Shown in pieces: positions 36,587 through 44,921 of a DNA stretch of 64,000 bases. The notes beneath the pieces were generated by a model that did not search any database, was not told where the DNA came from, and saw only the letters and a program-made list of their open reading frames with translations. Position 1 is the first letter of the stretch, and each line of letters opens with the position of its first letter. The stretch comes from Vicinamibacterales bacterium (lineage in GTDB: Bacteria > Acidobacteriota > Vicinamibacteria > Vicinamibacterales > JAMQPK01), in NCBI GenBank assembly GCA_963825295.1, contig CAWGSZ010000002.1, positions 31,762-95,761 of the forward strand, given 5' to 3'. A program made the translations under genes and the position numbers.

Positions 36587-36655
36587 GATGGCAATGGCGG
36601 ATGGCAGATGGCAACGACAACCATCTGCCATCTGCCATGTGCCATCTGCCATGAC
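36587..36655. repeat. Dyad-symmetric 7-bp array: GATGGCA, 4 copies, then CCATCTG, 5 copies (long hairpin between convergent genes)
   Basis: gatggca atggcg gatggca gatggca, acgacaa, ccatctg ccatctg ccatgtg ccatctg ccatgac. Confidence 0.9.
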
Positions 36656-36661
36656 GAAGCG

Positions 36662-37744
36662 TTACTTGTTCTCCTTAAGCCCCGCCGGCATCGCGACATC
36701 CGCGGCCGTGACGTTGGTCGCAATCTTCAGCACTTCGTTGTTGATGGTCATGAACGTCGTGCGTGACGGGTCAGCAGTCGCCGCTGGTGCGGAACCAGAC
36801 TTCTGTTCGGCCTGTTGCTGCTGTTGACGCTTCCGCATGAAGCCGCCGAGGGCGCCGCCGATCGACGTGGGAGGAGGCGCCGATTCGGTGGATGACGCCG
36901 TCGTATTCGACGTCGACTTTTTCGCGGCTTCCTCTTTGACCTGCGCGGCGCTCTTCACCGCGTCGACCGTCGTGATCGACTGAATCGCCGTGCCGCCAAG
37001 GTCTTCCTTGCTCAAGCGCGCGAAGGCATCCTTGAGGCCGGGGTACATCACCAGCGCGGTCGCCATCTGCTGAGCATCGGCGGCGACCTGCGGGCCGGCC
37101 AGCTTCTCGAAATACCGGCGCTCGAAATCGCCGATTTCCTTCAGGTCGACCTGCTTGGTGAGCCAGTTGTCGACGGTCATGACGAGGCCGCCGCTGTCTT
37201 CGATCTTCTTCCCCTTCTCACGGACGGTGATCGTGGCGACGACCTGGCGCGTGTCGAAGCCGTTGATGGTTTTCGTCTGTCCCGTATTCTTAATGTCGAA
37301 ATCGACTTCGACTTCGGCTTCTTTCTCGTTGCCCTGCTGCGGCTTGTCCTGCGGTTTCGCAGTGGCATCCGCGGTCTTTTCCTTGGCGGCGGCCTCGCGG
37401 GCCTTCGCCTCGGCCTCGCGCATCTGCTGGCGCAGCTCTTCGAACGTCGTCACCTTGTAGGTCTTGCGGCGCAGGTCGATGTCGTAAATCTTCTCTTCCC
37501 GCAAGTCGACAATCTGCGCGGTCTCGTCGCCCTTGATCGTCATTTTGCGATCGCCCGACACGGCCACCGTCGAGACGGTGCCTTCCCGCGCGGCTTTGCC
37601 GCCGAAGAAGTTGACCAAACCGCCGAGCATGCCCGCGAACGACACCTGATTGCGTTCTTCCTTCTTGATATCCGCGCTTGCGGGCTCGGCTGCGAGCACC
37701 ACGGCGAGCGCGAGCGCCCAAACCGCGAATTGGCGTTTATGCAT
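36662..37744 (-). CDS. Secreted Lys/Glu-rich hypothetical protein
   Basis: This is the C-terminal 360 aa of ORF 36662..38734. Its ATG 37744 is preceded by AAGGAG. It has the signal peptide MHKRQFAVWALALAVVLAAEPASA. I recognised no catalytic motif. Confidence 0.6.
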   Translation of the reverse strand: MHKRQFAVWALALAVVLAAEPASADIKKEERNQVSFAGMLGGLVNFFGGKAAREGTVSTVAVSGDRKMTIKGDETAQIVDLREEKIYDIDLRRKTYKVTTFEELRQQMREAEAKAREAAAKEKTADATAKPQDKPQQGNEKEAEVEVDFDIKNTGQTKTINGFDTRQVVATITVREKGKKIEDSGGLVMTVDNWLTKQVDLKEIGDFERRYFEKLAGPQVAADAQQMATALVMYPGLKDAFARLSKEDLGGTAIQSITTVDAVKSAAQVKEEAAKKSTSNTTASSTESAPPPTSIGGALGGFMRKRQQQQQAEQKSGSAPAATADPSRTTFMTINNEVLKIATNVTAADVAMPAGLKENK

Positions 37745-37845
37745 AAGTGCAGTCTCCTTGGTCACAGGGGGAACCACTGATATTTTAGGACAGGACATTC
37801 GACAACGCGCCGTCGATTTTGGAGTATCGGAAAGAAAAGCCGAGA

Positions 37846-38698
37846 TCAGTAGCGCGCGCCGGGCAGCGCGCGCTGTCCGCCCAGAAGCAGCGCGTCGGCC
37901 ATTTCGCCCAGCGCGAGGCGCAGCGCGAAGGCGGGCGCCGGCAGCAGGCTGGGGCGGTGCAATGCGCGTCCGAGCGCCTTCGAGAATTCCGCATTCGTCA
38001 CCGGTGCGGGACTGGTGGCGTTCAGCGCTCCGCGCGCGCCTTCGTGCGTCATCGCCCATGTCACAAGCCGTACCCAGTCCTCCTTGTGGATCCACGGCAT
38101 GTACTGACGTCCCGATCCCAGCGGGCCGCCGACGAACAATTGAAAGGGCGGCAGCATTTTCGGCGAGCGCGCCTCCGTTGCGATCGAGCACGATGCCGGT
38201 CCGTACGAGCGCCACGCGCGTCAGATCGGCCACCTGATCCGCCGCGGCCTCCCAGGCTTCGGCGACGCCGGCCAGAAAATCCTTTCCGGGTGCAGACGAT
38301 TCGGTAATCGTTTCGTCGCCGCGATCGCCGTAGTAACCGACGGCCGATCCGCTGACGAGGACCTTTGGCGTACGGGCCACCTGGCGGATGGCGGCCGTCA
38401 GGCTTGCGGTCGCGCGCAGCCGGCTCTCACGGATTTCCTGTTTCTGCCGATCGGACCAGCGCCTGGCGGCAATGGACTCGCCCGCGAGATTGACCACGGC
38501 GTCGGCGCCATCGAGGGCCGCGGCCCACGCGCCGCTGGTGCCGTCGGGCGTCCAGGCGACATGGGTCACACGCGGCTGTGGGGGCACGGACGCGGGGTTC
38601 TGGCGAGTGAGCACCGCGACGTCGTGGCCGTCGCGCGTGAGGGCCTGTGTGAGGGCGGTGCCGAGGAAGCCGGATCCGCCGGCAAGAGTGATCTTCAT
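37846..38698 (-). CDS. NAD-dependent epimerase-like protein (YfcH/TIGR01777-like, DUF1731 C-terminus), apparent frameshift
   Basis: The N-terminus is MKITLAGGSGFLGTALTQAL (ATG 38698). The C-terminus lies in ORF 37846..38157 (MLPPFQLFVGGPLGSGRQYMPWIHKEDW). The two join at about 38160-38165 if one base is removed. The read-through frame fuses artificially to the next gene. Confidence 0.75.
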
Positions 38699-38716
38699 AG
38701 GCCAAGGATAGGCCGC

Positions 38717-38759
38717 TTGACAGGCGGGGAGCACCTGAGTTAACTAAATGGTCAGTTAA
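38717..38759 (+). promoter_or_regulatory. Candidate sigma-70 promoter (TTGACA, 17 nt, TTAACT) with an overlapping inverted repeat TTAACT-N8-AGTTAA (possible TetR operator)
   Basis: TTGACA lies at 38717-38722, followed by a 17-nt spacer and TTAACT at 38740-38745. AGTTAA lies at 38754-38759. The ATG of the TetR gene is at 38763, with no Shine-Dalgarno sequence. Confidence 0.45.
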
Positions 38760-38762
38760 TTA

Positions 38763-39537
38763 ATGGCCCGGCCCAAAGCCCCCACCTCCGACACCCGGCA
38801 CCGCATCCTCGCCGCCGCCGCCGCCGAGTTCGGCGACCACGGCTTCGCCGCGACCACCATCGACCGCATCGCCAGGCGCGCACGCGTCAACAAGGCGATG
38901 ATTTACTACCACTTTCCCAACAAGCGCGCCCTCTACACCTCCATCATTCGCGACGTCTTCCGGCCCATCACCGAACGCACCCGGGCCGTCATCGCCGACG
39001 ATCTCCCCGCCGATCGCAAGCTCGACCGCGTGATCGAAACCATCGTCGCCTCGCTCGACGAATCGGCGCATTTCCTCCCGATCTTCCTGCGCGAAATCGC
39101 CGACGGCGGCGCGCATCTGGGACCCGACGAGCTGGCCCTCATCGCCGGCATGTTTGCCGCGGTCAGCGGCGTCATCGCCGAGGGCGGCAGGCAGAAGGTC
39201 TTTCAGCCCGTCCATCCCGCGCTGGCGCACTTCACGATCATCGCGCCGCTCGTGATGTTCCGTGCGGCCGCACCCGTCCGCGCGCGGATCAGAAGCCGTA
39301 CGGCACGTCGATATTCCCGAAGCCGACTCGGCCACGCTCGTCCGGCATCTGCAAATGGTGGCAAGGCGCATGCTGAGTCCGGAGCGTGAGAGTCCGGAGA
39401 GTCTCGAGAGTCGGAAGAGTCTCGAGAGTCAAAAGAGTCCCGAGAGTCAGAAGAGTCTTGGGAGTCCGAAGAGTCCCGAGAGTCCTGAGAGTCACAAGAG
39501 TCCAAGTGTCAGAGAGTCGGCGAAGAGAGGCTTATGA
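38763..39537 (+). CDS. TetR family transcriptional regulator, apparent frameshift, with a repeat-encoded C-terminal tail
   Basis: It has the HTH region ILAAAAAEFGDHGFAATTIDRIARRARVNKAMIYYHF. After about 39270-39300 the listed frame becomes Arg-rich with A/T third positions. The +1 frame (ORF 39262..39537) reads AVRHVDIPEADSATLVRHLQMVARRML with G/C third positions. That frame runs through the 9-bp array to a stop overlapping the next ATG. Confidence 0.7.
39388..39504 (+). repeat. 9-bp tandem array RAGAGTCNN, 13 copies
   Basis: gagagtccg gagagtctc gagagtcgg aagagtctc gagagtcaa aagagtccc gagagtcag aagagtctt gggagtccg aagagtccc gagagtcct gagagtcac aagagtcca. Degenerate units flank it on both sides. 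Confidence 0.95.
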
Positions 39538-40541
39538 AAGCGATCACTGTGTTGGTCATGATGACGGCGGCCTTGCTGTGCGGTGCGTGTCAGGAGCAGG
39601 CGCCCGCGACCGCCGCGCGCGTGTCGGGGCAGGCGGATGCGACCGAAGTGCAGGTGGCTCCGGAAGTGGGCGGGCGCATCCTCGAACTCGCGATTCAGGA
39701 AGGCGATCGCGTCTCGCGGGGCGCCCTCATCGCGCGCCTCGATTCTCGTGATGCCGACCTGGCGCTGAAGCGCGCCGAAGCCGAACGCGCGCAGGCCGAC
39801 GCGCAGCTTCGGCTGTTGCAGGCGGGCTCGCGCCCCGAGGACATCAGGCAGGCCGAGGCGCAGGCGGCCGCCGCGGCGGCCGATGTGGCCGCGGCCCAGG
39901 CCGACCTGTCCGCGGCCGAAACGGATCTCCAGCGATTCGAGCGTCTGCTGCAGTCCAACTCGGGGTCGCAAAAGCAGCGTGACGACGCGGCTACGCACAG
40001 GAACGTGGCCAGAGATCGCCTTGCCGCCGTGCGAGCGCGCGAGGCCGCGGCCGGCGCCACCGTGGCACGTTTGAAGGCCGGCTCGCGCCGCGAGGAAATC
40101 GACGCGGCCCGTGCGCGCGTGGCGGCCGTGGACGCCCAGATTGCGACGCTCGAAAAATCCAAGGCCGACGCCACCGTGACCGCTCCCATCGACGGCATCG
40201 TCACCGAGCGGTTGCTCGAGCTGGGCGAGATGGCGGCGCCGCGTGCGCCGATTGTGGTCGTCACCGATCTCGATCATGCCTGGGCGGAAGTGTTCGTCGA
40301 CGAGCCGATGATTCCCCGCATCAAGCTGGGACAGGCGGCCACCGTGTTCACCGACGCCGGTGGGCCGGGCCTTCCGGGAAAGGTGAGCTACATGGCGTCG
40401 AAGGCGGAGTTCACGCCGCGCAACGTGCAGACGGCGGACGACCGGTCGAAGCTCGTGTTCCGCGTCCGCATCGCGGTGGACAACAAGCAGGGGATTCTGA
40501 AGCCGGGCATGCCGGTGGAGGCGGAGATTCCGTTTCAGTAA
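39534..40541 (+). CDS. HlyD-family membrane fusion (periplasmic adaptor) protein
   Basis: ORF 39534..40541. It has a lipoprotein-like N-terminus, a coiled-coil-rich middle, and the C-terminal motif GMPVEAEI. Confidence 0.85.
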   Translation: MKAITVLVMMTAALLCGACQEQAPATAARVSGQADATEVQVAPEVGGRILELAIQEGDRVSRGALIARLDSRDADLALKRAEAERAQADAQLRLLQAGSRPEDIRQAEAQAAAAAADVAAAQADLSAAETDLQRFERLLQSNSGSQKQRDDAATHRNVARDRLAAVRAREAAAGATVARLKAGSRREEIDAARARVAAVDAQIATLEKSKADATVTAPIDGIVTERLLELGEMAAPRAPIVVVTDLDHAWAEVFVDEPMIPRIKLGQAATVFTDAGGPGLPGKVSYMASKAEFTPRNVQTADDRSKLVFRVRIAVDNKQGILKPGMPVEAEIPFQ

Positions 40542-40542
40542 G

Positions 40543-40598
40543 TGGAGTAAAAAGTCAAAAGTGAAAAGTGAAAAGTGAAAAGTTGAAGGTGAACGAGA
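40543..40598 (+). repeat. 7-bp array AAAAGTG, about 8 units, filling the hlyD-ABC spacer
   Basis: (gtggagt) aaaagtc aaaagtg aaaagtg aaaagtg aaaagtt gaaggtg aacgaga. It ends 1 nt before ATG 40600. Confidence 0.9.
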
Positions 40599-40599
40599 C

Positions 40600-41535
40600 A
40601 TGAAAGCGCTCGAGCTGGATCGCGTGACGAAGAAGTACGGCACGGTCGTGGCGGTGCGCGATCTGTCGTTTTCGGTCGAGCGCGGCGAGATGTTCGGGCT
40701 CATCGGGCCGGATGGTGCGGGCAAGACGACGACGATTCGGCTGATGTGCGGGTTGCTGAAGCCCGACAACGGGGCGGTTCGGGTGCTCGGCAACGATCCG
40801 GTGAAGGCGCACAGGACCGTGACGAGCGATCTGGGCTATCTCTCGCAGCGCTTCAGCCTGTATGGCGATCTGTCCATCGACGAAAACATCGCGTTCTTCG
40901 CCGAGATTCACGGCCTCCGCATGGGCGATCCGGCCATCCGCGAGCGGCGCGAGCGGCTGCTCGAGCTGACGCAGCTCACCCGGTTCCGCTCGCGTCTCGC
41001 CGACGCGTTGTCCGGCGGCATGAAACAGAAGCTCGCGCTCGCCTGCACGCTCGTGCACGAGCCGCGCATCATCCTGCTCGACGAACCGACGACGGGTGTC
41101 GATCCGGTGTCACGCCGCGAGTTCTGGAAGCTCCTCTCAGAGTTTCTCGCGCAGGGCATCACGATTCTCATGGCCACGCCGTATCTCGACGAAGCCGAGC
41201 GATGTTCACGCGTCGCGCTGATGCACGAAGGACAACTGCTCGCGCTCGATACGCCGAATCACCTGCGAACGACGCTTCCAGGCACCGTCGTCGAAGTGAT
41301 TGCACCCGACCGCGATCGCGCGATGGGCGTCCTGGAACGCCTGAGCGGCGTGGCCGATGTGCAGTTGTTTGGCGAGCGGGCGCACGTCAGGTTCGAGCCC
41401 GGGGCCGAGCTGAGCGATCCAGACCGCCTGCGGGCTGCGCTTCAGGCCGCGGCTGTGAACGTGGACGGCGTGCGGCGGGTGCCGGCGTCGCTGGAGGATG
41501 TGTTCATTGCGCGTGTAGCCAAGGAAACAACATGA
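40600..41535 (+). CDS. ABC transporter ATP-binding protein
   Basis: Walker A GPDGAGKTT, signature LSGGMKQKL and Walker B ILLDEPT. Confidence 0.9.
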   Translation: MKALELDRVTKKYGTVVAVRDLSFSVERGEMFGLIGPDGAGKTTTIRLMCGLLKPDNGAVRVLGNDPVKAHRTVTSDLGYLSQRFSLYGDLSIDENIAFFAEIHGLRMGDPAIRERRERLLELTQLTRFRSRLADALSGGMKQKLALACTLVHEPRIILLDEPTTGVDPVSRREFWKLLSEFLAQGITILMATPYLDEAERCSRVALMHEGQLLALDTPNHLRTTLPGTVVEVIAPDRDRAMGVLERLSGVADVQLFGERAHVRFEPGAELSDPDRLRAALQAAAVNVDGVRRVPASLEDVFIARVAKETT

Positions 41536-42884
41536 AACGCCGATTGCTCGTCGCTCTCAGTTTTTCTCTTATGGCCGCGGCCGATGCCGCGTTTGCCCAG
41601 ACCGGATCCGTTCGCCTGACGCTCGACGAAGCCGTGACGCGAGGCCTGGCAGCCAGCGATCGTCTCGACGAGCTGAGCGCCCGTCAGGAGGGCGCGCGCG
41701 CCGTGGCGGATCAGCGAAAGTCCGCGGGCCGTCCGCAGCTTGCCGCGCGCGGCAGCTACATCCGCACGAACCACGTTGAAGAGTTCAGCCTGCCGAGTGC
41801 CGTTCCCGGTGTCCGGCTGCTCATCTATCCCGATCTTCCCAACAACGTGCAGACGGGTGTGGATCTGCAGTGGCCGATCTACACGGCGGGCCGCATATCG
41901 GGACTGACGCGCGCGGCCGGCGCCGAGGTCGAGGCCGCCGGGCACGATCGCGACGCCGCGCGGGCCGATCTGAAGCTCGAAATCACGCGATCGTTCTGGG
42001 CGGTCATTACCGCGCGGGCCGCGGCTGATGTCGTGCGGCAGGCCCTCGACCGGACGAACGCCCACCTCATCGACGTGCGCAATCAGTTGGACGTCGGGCT
42101 CGTTCCGCCGAGCGATGTCCTCACGATCGAAGCGCAGCTGGCGCATCAAAGGACGCTGAGCATCGAGGCGGACAACATTGTGGAGTCGACGTCGGCCGAG
42201 TTCCGGCGCCTGGCCGGCCTTGATCCGGAAGCGCCGTTCGACCTGGCGGCCGTTCTCGGCCCTGAGGGTCCGGGCGCTCCTATGCCGCCGCCGCAGACGT
42301 CCGTTCCAGCGTCTGGCGCGGCATTCGATCTCGCAAGAGCCAATCGGGCCGAGCGCAAGGCGCTCCAATTCCGCATCAATGCAGCCTCCGAGCGCGCCAG
42401 TGCCGCATCAGCTGGAGGCCTGCCGACGGTCTCTGCGCTGGGCGGGTACGACTTCGCCCGGCCGAACCGCAAGATTTTTCCGGTGCGCGAGGCGTGGCAG
42501 TCGACGTGGGAACTCGGTGTCCATGTCCGCTGGTCGTTCTTTGATGGTGGTCGGGTGCACGCCGAAACCGCTGAGGCGGTTGCCGCCCGGCGTGGCCTGG
42601 AAGCGCGCTTGAGGGAGTTCGACGGTCTCGTGCAGGTGGAGATCCGCCAACGGATGGCCGATCTGGACTCGTCGCGGGCGTCGATCGAGGCAGCGCGGTC
42701 CGGCGTGCGCTCGGCAACCGAGGCGCGACGCGTGCTGGCCGAACGATTCAGCGCGGGGGTCGCGACCAACACCGACGTGCTGAACGCCCAGGTCGCGCTG
42801 CTGCAGGCCGAGCTCGACTTGACCCGCGCGCTGGCCAACGCCGAACTCAACGCGGCACGGCTCGACCGCGCACTGGGACGATGA
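41532..42884 (+). CDS. TolC-family outer membrane efflux protein
   Basis: This is the tail of ORF 40746..42884. Its ATG 41532 overlaps the upstream stop (ATGA). It has the signal peptide MKRRLLVALSFSLMAAADAAFAQ and two TolC-like repeats. Confidence 0.85.
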   Translation: MKRRLLVALSFSLMAAADAAFAQTGSVRLTLDEAVTRGLAASDRLDELSARQEGARAVADQRKSAGRPQLAARGSYIRTNHVEEFSLPSAVPGVRLLIYPDLPNNVQTGVDLQWPIYTAGRISGLTRAAGAEVEAAGHDRDAARADLKLEITRSFWAVITARAAADVVRQALDRTNAHLIDVRNQLDVGLVPPSDVLTIEAQLAHQRTLSIEADNIVESTSAEFRRLAGLDPEAPFDLAAVLGPEGPGAPMPPPQTSVPASGAAFDLARANRAERKALQFRINAASERASAASAGGLPTVSALGGYDFARPNRKIFPVREAWQSTWELGVHVRWSFFDGGRVHAETAEAVAARRGLEARLREFDGLVQVEIRQRMADLDSSRASIEAARSGVRSATEARRVLAERFSAGVATNTDVLNAQVALLQAELDLTRALANAELNAARLDRALGR

Positions 42885-43810
42885 CCGGACAAGACGCGAT
42901 TGTCGTTCGCGATCTCACGCGGAAGTTCGGCGCGTTTACCGCCGTCGATCGCATCAGCTTCGAGGTGTCGCGCGGCGAGATCTTCGGCTTCCTGGGCGCC
43001 AACGGCGCCGGCAAGTCGACGACGATCCGGATGATGTGCGGCTTGCTGAAGCCGACATCCGGAACGGCCGTGGTCGATGGCGTCGACGTCACGCGCGAGC
43101 CGGAAGAGGTGAAGCGGCGCATCGGCTACATGTCGCAGAAGTTCTCTCTCTACGAATCGCTGACCGTCGAGCAGAACATCCGGTTCTTCGGCGCACTCTA
43201 CGGCCTCTCGGACGCCAGGACCGCCGAACGCATGAAGTTCGTCGTGTCGATGGCCGGTCTTGCGGGCCGCGAAGGGACGAAGGCCCGCGACCTGGCTGGC
43301 GGCTGGCGCCAGCGGCTGGCGCTCGGCTGCGCCATCCTCCACCAGCCGCGCATCGTGTTTCTCGACGAGCCAACGGGAGGCGTCGACCCCGTCTCGCGCC
43401 GGCAGTTCTGGCGCCTCATCGAGGACATGTCGCGCGACGGCGTGACGATCCTCGTCACCACGCACTACCTGGATGAGGCGGAGCATTGCCATCGCATTGC
43501 GATCGTCAACGCCGGCAAGCTGGCGGCCATGGGCACGTCGCGTGAATTGAAGGAGGTGTTCGCGAGGCGTCCGATCCTCGAGATTCACTCCGCCCGTCCC
43601 GTGGACGTGATGCGCGTGCTCGAAGAGATGCCGGAGATCGAGAAGACGTCGGTCTTTGGAACCGCCGTCCACGCCGTATTGAAGTCGCCCGAGGTCGATC
43701 TGCCGGGCTTGACGAGACAACTGAACGCGCGCGGCCTCGAGATTGGCGGCATCGATCGCGTGATGCCTTCGCTCGAGGACGTGTTTCTCGACGTGGTGGA
43801 GCATGCGTAA
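42881..43810 (+). CDS. ABC transporter ATP-binding protein
   Basis: Walker A GANGAGKST, signature LAGGWRQRL and Walker B VFLDEPT. It has an ATGA overlap with tolC. Confidence 0.9.
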   Translation: MTGQDAIVVRDLTRKFGAFTAVDRISFEVSRGEIFGFLGANGAGKSTTIRMMCGLLKPTSGTAVVDGVDVTREPEEVKRRIGYMSQKFSLYESLTVEQNIRFFGALYGLSDARTAERMKFVVSMAGLAGREGTKARDLAGGWRQRLALGCAILHQPRIVFLDEPTGGVDPVSRRQFWRLIEDMSRDGVTILVTTHYLDEAEHCHRIAIVNAGKLAAMGTSRELKEVFARRPILEIHSARPVDVMRVLEEMPEIEKTSVFGTAVHAVLKSPEVDLPGLTRQLNARGLEIGGIDRVMPSLEDVFLDVVEHA

Positions 43811-44921
43811 GGCGCTCGCGGTGGGCCGCAAGGAGTTTCACCAGATCGCGCGCGATCGCCGGTCGCTGATGGTCCTGCTGTTCGTGCCGGCGTTCTTTCT
43901 GCTGCTCTACGGCTACGCGCTGAACTTCGACGTGTCGAACATCCGGCTCGCCGTCGAGGACAACGATCGGACGCCGGCGAGCCGCGAGCTCGTGAACGCG
44001 TTCGTCCAGTCCGGCTACTTCGATCTGGCCGCGAGCGTGTCGAGCAGCCGGGAGTACGAAAGCCTCATCGACAGCGGGGACGTGCGGGTGGCGCTCGTCA
44101 TTCCGCCGGGCTACCAGGAAGATCTCCTGACAGGCCGGCGGGTTCCGGTGCAGGTGATCATCAACGGAGACAACTCGAACACGGCGACGACCGTCATGGG
44201 ATATGTCCTCCGTGTTCTGCAATCGGCGTCGGCCCCGTATCAAGTGCGCACGTCGGGGCCACAGCCGGCGGCCCTGCCGATTTCCGTCGAATCACGCGTC
44301 TGGTACAACCCCCAGCTGCGCAGCGCGCTCTTCCTGATCCCGGGCCTCATCGCCTACATCGGCATGATCTCCGCGGTGATTTCGACCACGCTGTCGGTGG
44401 TTCGCGAGAAGGAGCGCGGCACGATGGAGCAGATTCGCATGGCGCCGATCGGCACGGGCGCCTACATCGTCGGCAAGACGCTGCCGTATTTTGCCATCTC
44501 GCTCGCCACGTCGGTCTTCGTCGTGCTGGCGTCGATGGTGCTGTTCGATCTTCCCATGAACGGCTCGTGGCTGGTGCTGCTGCTGACCCTGTCGCTGTAC
44601 CTGGCTGGTGCGCTCGGGATGGGGCTGATGATTTCAACGCTCGCCGAATCGCAGCAGGTGGCGTTTCAGCTCGCCGTGCTCGCGTCGTTTCTGCCGACGA
44701 TGATGCTGTCGGGGTTCGTGTTTCCGATCGCGAGCATGCCGGCCGCGATTCAGGCCATCACGTACATCGTGCCGGCGCGCTACTTCATCGTCGCGCTGCG
44801 TGCCATCGTGCTGAAGGGCGCCGCGCTCGCGACATTCTGGACCCAGCTCGCGGCGCTGGCCATTTTCGCCGCCGTCACGCTGACGCTCGCATCGGCGCGC
44901 CTGAGGCGTCAATGGCTGTAA
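43803..44921 (+). CDS. ABC-2 type transporter permease
   Basis: ORF 43803..44921. It has one N-terminal TM helix, a large loop, and a 5-TM C-terminal block typical of YbhS/YbhR-like permeases. Confidence 0.85.
   Translation: MRKALAVGRKEFHQIARDRRSLMVLLFVPAFFLLLYGYALNFDVSNIRLAVEDNDRTPASRELVNAFVQSGYFDLAASVSSSREYESLIDSGDVRVALVIPPGYQEDLLTGRRVPVQVIINGDNSNTATTVMGYVLRVLQSASAPYQVRTSGPQPAALPISVESRVWYNPQLRSALFLIPGLIAYIGMISAVISTTLSVVREKERGTMEQIRMAPIGTGAYIVGKTLPYFAISLATSVFVVLASMVLFDLPMNGSWLVLLLTLSLYLAGALGMGLMISTLAESQQVAFQLAVLASFLPTMMLSGFVFPIASMPAAIQAITYIVPARYFIVALRAIVLKGAALATFWTQLAALAIFAAVTLTLASARLRRQWL

Noticed and set aside
36662-38734. A 690-aa ORF that appears to fuse an epimerase to a Lys/Glu-rich secreted protein.
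   Set aside because: The middle about 140 residues are Arg/Ala-rich read-through caused by a frameshift near 38160. The true epimerase C-terminus is in ORF 37846..38157. The downstream protein has its own ribosome-binding site, ATG (37744) and signal peptide.
39388-39504. A possible CRISPR array, given the regularly spaced repeats. The same question applies to the other arrays.
   Set aside because: The units are only 7-9 bp and directly abutting, with no unique spacers of 25-40 bp. There are no cas genes in the window.
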